DNA from: Anaeramoeba ignava BMAN | Taxonomy: Eukaryota > Protista > Anaeramoebae | Assembly (NCBI GenBank): GCA_028826165.1 | Contig: JAPDFW010000014.1 | Location: 1-64,000 of the forward strand | Direction of reading: 5' to 3' | DNA length: 64,000 bases | In this document: in pieces, positions 41,625 through 51,624 of the stretch | How positions within the stretch are numbered: position 1 is the stretch's first letter | Layout: every line of letters starts with the position of its first letter | Notes under the pieces: model-generated | What the model was told of the DNA's origin: nothing | Seen by the model: only the letters and a program-made list of their open reading frames with translations | The model's database searches: none | Translations under genes and position numbers: made by a program

Positions 41625-42390
41625 ATTAATTTAAAAATATAATTTAATAATTAATTTAAAAATATAATTTAATATTTAATTTTATTATTAAAATATTTAA
41701 CATATAAATATAAAAAATGAAAATAGGTTTAATTTAATATTTAATTTATAAATTAATTTAAAAATATAATTTAATATTTAATTTTATTATTAAAATAATA
41801 ATTTATTGTTTTAGATTTAAATATTTTATTATTTAATTATTTAAACATATAAAAATATAAAAATAAGAATAGATTTAATTTAATATTTAATTTATAAATT
41901 AATTTAAAAATATAATTTAATATTTAATTTTATGTTTAAAAATAATAATTTATTGTTTTAGATTTAAATATTTTATTATTTAAATATTTAAACATATAAA
42001 TATAAAAAATAAGAATAGATTTAATTTAATATTTAATTTATAAATTAATTTAAAAATATAATTTAATATTTAATTTTATTAAAATAATAATTTATTGTTT
42101 TAGATTTAAATATTTTATTATTTAAATATTTAACATATAAATATAAAAAATGAAAATAGGTTTAATTTAATATTTAATTTAATAAATTAATTTAAAAATA
42201 TAATTTAATATTTAATTTTATGTTTAAAATAATAATTTATTGTTTTAGATTTAAATATTTTATTATTTAAATATTCAACATAAAAATATAAAAAAATAAG
42301 AATAGATTTAATTTAATATTTAATTTATAAATTAATTTAAAAATATAATTTAATATTTAATTTTATTATTAAAATAATAATTTATTGTTT
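41625..42390. repeat. Tandem satellite, about 145 bp, about 5 copies, between divergent ICMT and BTB-TLDc
   Basis: TAATTTAAAAATATAATTTAATATTTAATTTTAT at about 41652, 41755, 41901, 42047, 42189 and 42333. Confidence 0.85.
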
Positions 42391-42807
42391 AATTTTATGT
42401 TTAAAAATATTTTGAAAATTGATTTTTTTTAAATTAAAATTTTATCTTTTTTTTTGAATTAAATTGAATTAATATTAATTTGAAAATTTGTTTTAAAATT
42501 TAAATTTATTAATAATTTTTAAATTCCAAAAAAAAAAATTAAATTAAAAATTAAATTAAAATAATTTTCCTTTTTTTTTAATAAAGAAAATTAATAAAAA
42601 ATAATAATAATTTATTAATAAATTAATTTAAAATAATAAATTAAAAAGAAAATTAAATTAATTATTAATTTAAATTTATTCTCATTTTTTATATTTTTAT
42701 TTATTTTCAAAATCCACTTTTTTTATTCATTTTTTTTTTTTAAATTTTTTTTTTCATTTTTTTCCTTTTTTTTAAAACACAAAAACAAAAACAAAAACAA
42801 AAACAAA

Positions 42808-44381
42808 ATGGATAACAATAATAATAACCAAATTGAAAATCAAAATCAAAATCAAAATGAAAATGAAAATGAAATGAAAAATTTAGAAAAAAAAGTAACA
42901 AAAAATTTAATTAAAGATTATTCAAACCTTTTAAATGGAAATTTATTTAAAGATTTTTCAATTTTTGTTGAGAATAAATCAAATCCTTTTGAAATTAAAG
43001 TTCATAAATCAATTTTATCTTCAAGATCTCCTTTTTTTAATAAGTTTTTAAGAGGACAAAACGATATTAATAAGATTTTTTAAGACAATTTAATAAAAAA
43101 GAAATGGAATCAATTTTGAGTTATATTTATTATGGAAATATTTCTTTTGAGAATCAAGAAAATCTTCTCCAATTATTGGAAATTTCAATTTATTTTAAAT
43201 TAAATTTATTGAAAGAAATTATTCAAAAAAAAATTTTAAATTCAATTAATTATTCAAATTTTTTCCAATTTTTATTCCAAAATCGAAATTTAAATTCAAA
43301 TGAAATTGAAATAAAATGTTTTGAATTAATAAATCAAAATTTTTCCCAAATTCAGAATAATGAGAATTTATTCAATTTAACTAAAGAAGAAATTATCAAA
43401 TTTATTCAATTTAAACAAGAAAAAAAAGAAATTTTTCAATTTGATTTTTTTCAATTTTTAAGTAATTGGATTCAAAAAAGAAATAAGAGATTAAAAGGAA
43501 AAAGATTTAAGCACAAAATTAATGAAAAGAAAAGATTATTTCATTCTTTTTATTCATTATTTGATAAAGATTCAATTTCAAAACAAGATTTTGATAAATT
43601 AAAACAATTTGAAATTTTTCTTCCAAATTCTTTTTTAATTGAAAATCAAAAAAAAGTTATTCAAGATAAAGAGAAAGAAAATCAACAAATGAAAAAAGAA
43701 ATTGAAGCGAAAGAGAAAGAAATTGAAGATAAATGGAAGAAAGAAATCAAAGTGAAAGAAAAAGAAATTGAAGAGAAATGGAAGAAAGAAATTGAGAAAA
43801 TGAAGCCAAAAATAGAAATGGAATTTGGAAATATTTTTTCAGATTCAGAAATTATTAAAGATATTGAATATATTCAAAAATTAAAAGAATGGATAAATGA
43901 TAATGATTTATTTTCCAAAATGAAATTAGGATTTTCAGCAAAAAATGATGGATTTAATTCTCAAAATTGGCATAAAGCAGTTGATAATAAAGGAGAAACA
44001 TTAATTATTATCAAAACCAAAGAAAATTTTATTTTTGGAGGATTTACTCAAGTTGGATTTAATGGAAATTCAGGAAAAATTTATGATTCAAATGCATTTA
44101 TTTTTTCATTAAGAAATGATAAAGGAGATAGAAAACCTGAAAAATTTACTTATAAACAAGGAAAAGATGGATATGCAATTTATTCTCATTTAAGTAGAGG
44201 TCCAAAGTTTGGTGCAAATGATTTTTGGTTGAATTCTGAGTTACAACCTGGTTATTCAAATATTGGTCATAGTTATAATCCACCTAATGGAATTACTTAT
44301 AATACATATCAAGCTCAAAGTTATTTAGCTGGTTCTTATAATTCATGGGTTGTTGATGAACTTGAGACTTATTTCATTTAA
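42808..44381 (+). CDS. BTB-BACK-coiled-coil-TLDc protein (divergent BTB subtype); 1-nt deletion near 43080
   Basis: FKDFSIFV..IKVHKSILSSRSPFF. ATT TTT TAA GAC: adding one T gives IFLRQFNKKEMESILSYIYYG, joining ORF 43104. TLDc ends SYLAGSYNSWVVDELETYFI. Confidence 0.85.
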
Positions 44382-44809
44382 TTTTAAATTTTTCTTTTTT
44401 TTTTCAAAATCCAATTCAATTTTAATTTAATTTTAATCAAATTAATTTCTTTAAATTAATAAATAAGAAAACAAATCTAAATTTAAAAAAATAAAAATCG
44501 AAAATAGAAATTAATAATAATTAAATTTAAATTCATTAATTAAAATATTAAAATAAAAAAAATTAATTAAAATTTATTATTAAAAGTTATTTAAAATTCA
44601 ATTTATATTTTTATTAAAATATTTATTCCACTTTTTTTTCAAATATTTTATTATAATTAAAATTGAAATAATAAATAATCTAAAATATTAATTTAATCAA
44701 TAAAAATATTATTTCAATTTAAAATAAAATAAATTTAAATTAAATTCTTTTTAACTATTATTAAAATTCAATTTTTCTATTTATTAAAATATTTCAATTT
44801 TTTTTCAAT

Positions 44810-45220
44810 TTTATTTAATTATTGAGAATAAATTTATATTATTTTAAATAAAGAAATATTGATAAAATATATAAAATAAAATTAATTTTAAATTGAATTA
44901 TTTAATATTCTTTATTCCATTTTTGAAATAAATTAATTAAAATATTTTATTAAATTTATTAAATTATTGGGAATAAATTTATATCATTTTAAATAAAGAA
45001 ATATTGATAAAATATATAAAATAAAATTAATTTTAAAAAATTTGGATTATTCCATTTTAATAAATTTATTTTATTTTTTAAATAAATTAATTAAAATATT
45101 TTATTAATTTTATTTAATTATTGGGAATAAGTTTATATTAATCTAAATAAAGAAATATTGATGAAATATATAAAATAGAATTAATTTCAAATTGGATTAT
45201 TTAATATTCTTGATTTTATT
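44810..45220 (+). repeat. Three tandem copies (about 145-155 bp) of the BTB-TLDc upstream element
   Basis: TTATTG(A/G)GAATAA..TAAAGAAATATTGAT.AAATATATAAAATA at about 44820, 44965 and 45119. Confidence 0.8.
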
Positions 45221-45263
45221 TTTTAATTTTTTTCATTTTTCATTTTTCATTTTTTTATTTAAA

Positions 45264-46753
45264 ATGGAAACTTATTTAAATTTAGAAAAACTTTCAAATG
45301 ATTTAAAAAATTTATTTCAAAATCAAAATGAAAATCAAAATCAAAATGAAAACCAAAATGAAAGTTATTTTGATTTTGAAATAATTTGTGAACAAAAAGA
45401 AATTTCATTTAAAACTCATAAATCAATTCTTTCTTCAAGAAGTGAATATTTTAAATCCCTTTTTAAATCTAAAATGAAAGAATATCAAGAAAATAAATTA
45501 ATTCTAAAAGATGTTTCAAGTTCAATTCTATTTTCAATTTTGAATTATTTTTATTCAGGAAAAATTGAAATTAATTCAGAAAATGCAATTCAAATTTTAA
45601 TTTTTTCATCAAAATATTTAATTGATGAATTAATTGAAATTGTTCAAAATTTATCAAAAAGAATTTACAATTTGAAACTATTGTTGATGTTCTTAAATTA
45701 TCTGAATCAATGAACATAAATCAATTAATAGATTCTTCTTATCAATTTATTTTTGAAAATTTTGAAAAATTTATTAAAACTCCATTTTTTCTTGAACTTG
45801 AAGAAAATCATTTAAATTCAATTTTATTAAATGATAATATTCCAATAAAAGAATTTGGACTATTTCAATCAATAATAAAATGGGGAAAACATAAATCAAA
45901 TATTAATCAAGAAATGAATAAAAAAGAAAAAAAGAAATTACAAAATCAAATTTCCAATATTATTGATAAAATTAGATTTATTGATTTCTCAAAACAAGAA
46001 CTTGAAGAAACTTTGAAACAAGATTTAATTCCAAATCAAATTTCAGAAAAATTAATTGATTTCCAAATATTACAAAACAGAAATCAAAAAATCAAAAAGA
46101 ATTGGAAAAAATTAACACAATTTATTGAAAAAGAAAACTTATTAATTTTCAAAAGAAGAATAAAATTGAGATCAACAATTATTGAAGAAAAAGAACATTT
46201 TGATAAATTAAAAGAATGGATAAATGATAACGAATTCTTTTCCAAAATGAAATTAGGATATTCAGCAAAAAGATATGGATTTAATTGTAAAAACTGGCAT
46301 TCAGTAATTGATAATAAAGGAAAAACATTAATTATTATCAAAACCACAAACAATTATATTTTTGGAGGATTTACTTCAGTTGGATTTTTAAGTGATGAAA
46401 CAAAATGGAGTATTAAACGTTCTCCAATAAAAGGATGTATTAAAGATGAAGACGCATTTCTATTCAGTATCAAAAATCCAAGAAATGATCCTCCTCAAAA
46501 ATTTCCAATTAGAAAAGAAGAATCAGATAATGCAATTATGTATAATTTAGAAAATGGTCCAATTTTTGGATATTCTTCAGATTATCTTCAGAATGATATT
46601 TGCTTATATGGAAATCTTCAAGGTTACACAAATTTTGGTTGTAGATACACTCTTCCTAATGGATTAACTTTCAATACAAACAAAGCTAAAAATTATTTAA
46701 CAGGTTCTTTTAAAAAATGGAGAGTGAATGAACTTGAATGTTTTTTTATTTAA
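45264..46753 (+). CDS. BTB-BACK-TLDc protein; 1-nt deletion near 45640
   Basis: METYLNLEKLSNDLKNLFQ start, near-identical to the 50006-51547 gene. GAAATTGTTC here versus GAAATTTGTTC in paralogs. TLDc at the C-terminus. Confidence 0.87.
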
Positions 46754-46786
46754 AAACGAATTTTTTGATTTGGTTAAAAAAGAAAA

Positions 46787-48296
46787 TTATTTTTGAATAT
46801 GAATTATTGCTTTAAGTTTAATTTCTTTCTTGTTTTCTCCTTCTTCTAATTCAATATTAAATTCCAATCTTAAATTTAAGAATTTTTCTTTGATTTCTTC
46901 TTGAAGAGTAATAAATTCTTTAATATAAACTTTATTGTTATAAATTGCAATATTTGATGATTTCAAATCTTCGATTATTGTTTGTTTAGATGGACTTCCA
47001 CTTTGGAAAAAAGATTCTTGAAATTTTTGAACAATAAAATTAGTTGGAGAATTTTGATTTTCTAATAATGAAGATTCAAGAGAGAATTTTAAACTGTTGA
47101 TTTGAATTGAAGTTGAAGATAAATTTGTGAAAACAATAAAAACTTCAGTTTTTTCTTTTGTTTTGAAAATGGGATAATTTAATAAAGTAATTTTAGGTAA
47201 TTCTAATAATCCAAAATTTTGGATTTTAAATCGAACATTTTGTTGAAGATCAGGTTTAATAAGAGGATGTCCACAAGATAGACAAAGTCTTCCTTTCTTT
47301 GATTTGAGTTTAATTCTTTTTGGAAATAAATCCCTTAATTTTTTAAAATAAATTTTCAGATAAATTTTTGAATAAAATAAAATAAATTTTTTAAATTGAA
47401 TCAAATTTACTTCTCATTTTTTGGTTGATTTGGAATTTCTTGTAATTTTCGTTCTAAATTAATTGCTATAAATTAAAAATTAAAATTAAAATTCATTATA
47501 AAAATTAAAATTGAAATTCAAATTTACATTCATTTAAATCAATATTTCCAAATAATTCCTTTTTTTCAATTTCATCATCAATAATTGAATCTTTATCAAC
47601 ATTTTTACTTCTAATAATAACTTCTTTTTCTCTTTTTTCCAATTCATTTTCCAATTCAGAAACAGTAACTCTTTCTTTAGGATTATTTGACAAAACAGAA
47701 GAAAATTGAGTTGATAAAGATTGATTTGAAATGGGATGATATAAATAGTTTGATTTATAAGGAGAAGAAACCATTTTTAAAGGTGAATTTAAAGGTGAAT
47801 TTCTTGGAGATGAATATTTAAATAGATTTTTTGTTGGATTAATTTTCTTGTTATAATAATTAATCAACTGTTTCAGTTGCTTTTGATTTTCAACTGTAAT
47901 TTTTTGCTCCTTTTCATTCTGAATAATTATATTGATTAATGACTTAATATTTTCAGTTTCAATTCCAATTTCTTTAGTTGTCCAATTGCAATAATTGCAT
48001 TTTAAAGAATAACTTGATATAGTTTCATTTTGGTTTTCAACCATTGGCGAAAGTTGGCTAGAACATCTTGGACATTCAAAATGCTTTTGTGATTTTCCTT
48101 GTATTTGATTTATTTCTGATAATCCAAATGTGTCAAAACTAACTGGACAATAATATTGAATTATTTCTTCAAATGTGCAATTATTACAATAGAATTTCCC
48201 ACATGATTTGCAATAATAAGTATCTTCTGCCCCTACTTTCTCTCCACAATTACATTCATAGAGTATATTTACTTTATTTGCTTCAGGATTTAACAT
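46787..48296 (-). CDS. DCTN4: Dynactin subunit 4 (p62), 3 exons, 456 aa
   Basis: Exons 48296-47528, 47465-47411 and 47333-46787 join in frame. Cys pattern YYCKSC...CNNC..EEI..YYCP, HFECPRC...L, YSLKCNYCNWTTKEIG, and LFPKR..L.SK.GRLCLSCGHPLIKPD. Confidence 0.85.
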
Positions 48297-48344
48297 TTTT
48301 ATTTTATTATTTTTTTTTGAAAAGAAAAAAATGAATTTTAAAAA

Positions 48345-50000
48345 AATTGAAAAAAATATTTTTAATAATTTTAATTTAATTAATTTCAATATTTTTTAAA
48401 TTTATTTTGAAAATGAACGAAATATTTAAATTATTTAATTTAATATTGATTTGGAAATTTATATTTCTTTATAAATTAATTTTTAATTTTTTAATAATAT
48501 TTTTAATTAATTTTTTAATAATTTTAATTTAATTAATTTCAATATTTTTTAAATTTATTTTGAAAATAAACAAATTATTTAAATTATTTAAATTAATATT
48601 GATTTGGAAATTAATATTTCTTTATAAATTAATTTTAATTTTTTAATAATTTTTTTAATTAATTTTTTAATAATTTTAATTTAATTAATTTCAATATTTT
48701 TTAAATTTATTTTGAAAATAAACAAATTATTTAAATTATTCAAATTATTATTGATTTCAAAATTAATATTTCTTTATAAATTAATTTTAATTTTTAATAA
48801 TATTTTTAATTAATTTTTAATAATTTTAATTTAAATAATTTCAATATTTTTAAATTTAATTTTAAAATAAACAAAATATTTAAATTATTTAATTTATTAT
48901 TGATTTCAAAATTAATATTTCTTTATAAATTAATTTTAATTTTTAATAATATTTTTAATTAATTTTTAATAATTTTAATTTAATTAATTTCAATATTTTT
49001 AAATTTATTTTGAAAATGAACGAAATATTTAAATTATTTAATTTAATATTGATTTGGAAATTTATATTTCTTTATAAATTAATTTTTAATTTTTAATAAT
49101 ATTTTTAATTAATTTTTAATAATTTTAATTTAATTAATTTCCAATATTTTTTAAATTTAATTTGAAAATGAACAAAAATATTTAAATTATTTAAATTAAT
49201 ATTGATTTGGAAATTAATATTTCTTTATAAAGTGTTTTTGATTTTTTTAATAATTTTTTTAATTAATTTTTAATAATTTTAATTTAATTAATTTCAATAT
49301 TTTTAAATTTAATTTGAAAATAAACAAATTATTTAAATTGTTTAATTTATTATTGATTTGGAAATTTATATTTCTTTATAAATTAATTTCAATTTTTAAT
49401 TATATTTTTAATTAATTTTTAAATAATTTTAATTTAATTAATTTCAATATTTTTAAATTTAATTTGAAAATAAACAAATTATTTAAATTATTTAATTTAT
49501 TATTTATTCCAAAATTAATATTTCTTTTATAAATTGTTTTTAATTTTTAATAATATTTTTAATTAATTTTTAAATAATTTTAATTTAATTAATTTCAATA
49601 TTTTTAAATTTAATTTGAAAATAAACAAAATATTTAAATTGTTTAATTTATTATTGATTTTGAAATTAATATTTCTTTTATAAATTAATTTCAATTTTTA
49701 ATTATATTTTTAATTAATTTTTTAATAATTTTAATTTAATTAATTTCAATATTTTTTAAATTTAATTTGAAAATAAACAAATTATTTAAATTATCTAATT
49801 TATTATTGATTTGGAAATTTATATTTCTTTATAAATTAATTTCAATTTTTTAATAATATTTTTAATTAATTTTATTAATAATTTTAATTTAATTAATTTC
49901 AATATTTTTTAAATTTAATTTGAAAATAAACAAATTATTTAAATTGTTTAAATTAATATTGATTTCAAAATCAATATTTCTTTATAAATTATTTTTAATT
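48345..50000. repeat. Tandem satellite, about 150 bp, about 11 copies, upstream of DCTN4
   Basis: AATAATTTTAATTTAATTAATTTCAATATTTT at about 48361, 48513, 48666, 48815, 48965, 49114, 49270, 49421, 49571, 49721 and 49876. Confidence 0.9.
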
Positions 50001-50005
50001 TTTTT

Positions 50006-51547
50006 TTAAATGAAATAAGTTTCAAGTTCATCAACAATCCATGAAGAATAAGAACCAGCTAAATAACTATTTGCTTCATTTGTGTTAAAATCAATTCCAT
50101 TAGGCATATTGTAACTAAAACCAAAATTTGAAGCACCAGTTTTTAAATTTTTATTTAGAAAAAAATCGCACCAATATCCAAAAGCAGGACCATTCTCTAA
50201 ATAATTATAAAAAAGTGCAGTTTTTTCTTTTCCTTTTTTAATTGTAAATTTTTCAGGATTTCTATCATTTTTATCATTTCTTAATGAAAAAATAAATGCA
50301 TCTTTATCTAAAATATATATTCGTTCATCATAATAATCTTCATAATCTTCATCTTCATAATCTTCATAATCTTCATCTTCATCATAAATAAATTCATTCA
50401 ATTTTACTTCATTCCATTTTGATTGATCATTTGTAAATCCAACTGAAGTAAATCCTCCAAAAATATAATTATTTGTGGTTTTGATAATAATTAATGTTTT
50501 TCCTTTATTATCAACTTTATCATGCCAATTTTTACAATTAAATCCATCTCTTTTTGCTGTATATCCTAATTTCATTTTGGAAAAGAATTCGTTATCATTT
50601 ATCCATTCTTTTAATTTATCAAAATGTTCTTTTTCTTCAATAATTGTTGAAGAATTCAATTCAAATCTTGTTTTGAAAATTGATAAGTTTTCTTTTTCAA
50701 TAAATTCTTTTAATTCTCTTTTATCTTTTTCGTTTTGAAGTTTTTGGAATTGGATTAATTTTTCTGAAATTTGATTTGGAATTAAATCTTGTTTCAAAGT
50801 TTCTTCAAGTTCTTGTTTTGAGAAATCAATAAATCTGATTTTATCAATAATATTGGAAATTTGATTTTGTAATTTCTTTTTTTCTTTTTTATTCATTTCT
50901 TGATTGATATTTGATTTATGTTTTCCCCAGTTTATTATTGATTGAAATATTTCAAATTCATTTATTGGAAATTCATAATTTAATAAAATTGAATTTAAAT
51001 GATTTTCTTCAAGTTCAAGAAAAAATGGAGTTTTAATAAATTTTTCAAAATTTTCAAAAATAAATTGATAAGAAGAATCTATTAATTGATTTATGTTCAT
51101 TGATTCAGATAATTTAAGAATATCAACAATAGTTTCAATTTGTAAATTCTTTTTGATAAATTTTGAACAAATTTCAATTAATTCATCAATTAAATATTTT
51201 GATGAAAAAATTAAAATTTCAACTGCATTTTCTGAATTAATTTCAATTTTTCCTGAATAAAAATAATTCAAAATTGAAGATAGAATTGAACTTGAAACAT
51301 CTTTTAGAATTAATTTATTTTCTTGATATTCTTTCATTTTAGATTTAAAAAGAGATTTAAAATATTGACTTCTTGAAGAAAGAATTGATTTATGAGTTTT
51401 AAATGAAATTTGATTTTGTTCACAAATTATTTCAAAATCAAAATAACTTTCATTTTGGTTTTCATTTTGATTTTGATTTTGATTTTGATTTTGAAATAAA
51501 TTTTTTAAATCATTTGAAAGTTTTTCTAAATTTGAATAAGTTTCCAT
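50006..51547 (-). CDS. BTB-BACK-TLDc protein, intronless, 513 aa, acidic loop insertion
   Basis: Intact ORF with the same motifs as the 14301 gene; DEDEDYEDYEDEDYEDYYDE loop inside the TLDc domain. Confidence 0.92.
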   Translation of the reverse strand: METYSNLEKLSNDLKNLFQNQNQNQNQNENQNESYFDFEIICEQNQISFKTHKSILSSRSQYFKSLFKSKMKEYQENKLILKDVSSSILSSILNYFYSGKIEINSENAVEILIFSSKYLIDELIEICSKFIKKNLQIETIVDILKLSESMNINQLIDSSYQFIFENFEKFIKTPFFLELEENHLNSILLNYEFPINEFEIFQSIINWGKHKSNINQEMNKKEKKKLQNQISNIIDKIRFIDFSKQELEETLKQDLIPNQISEKLIQFQKLQNEKDKRELKEFIEKENLSIFKTRFELNSSTIIEEKEHFDKLKEWINDNEFFSKMKLGYTAKRDGFNCKNWHDKVDNKGKTLIIIKTTNNYIFGGFTSVGFTNDQSKWNEVKLNEFIYDEDEDYEDYEDEDYEDYYDERIYILDKDAFIFSLRNDKNDRNPEKFTIKKGKEKTALFYNYLENGPAFGYWCDFFLNKNLKTGASNFGFSYNMPNGIDFNTNEANSYLAGSYSSWIVDELETYFI

Positions 51548-51624
51548 TTTAAATAAAAAAAATGAAAAAAATGAAAAAAATTTTTGATTTTGATTTTTAT
51601 TTTGATTTATTTTGATTTTGATTT

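Noticed and set aside
22079-50738. Antisense or alternative-frame ORFs (22079, 22663, 24030, 26249, 33364, 46084, 50475)
   Set aside because: They are shadows of real CDSs and have no independent motifs.
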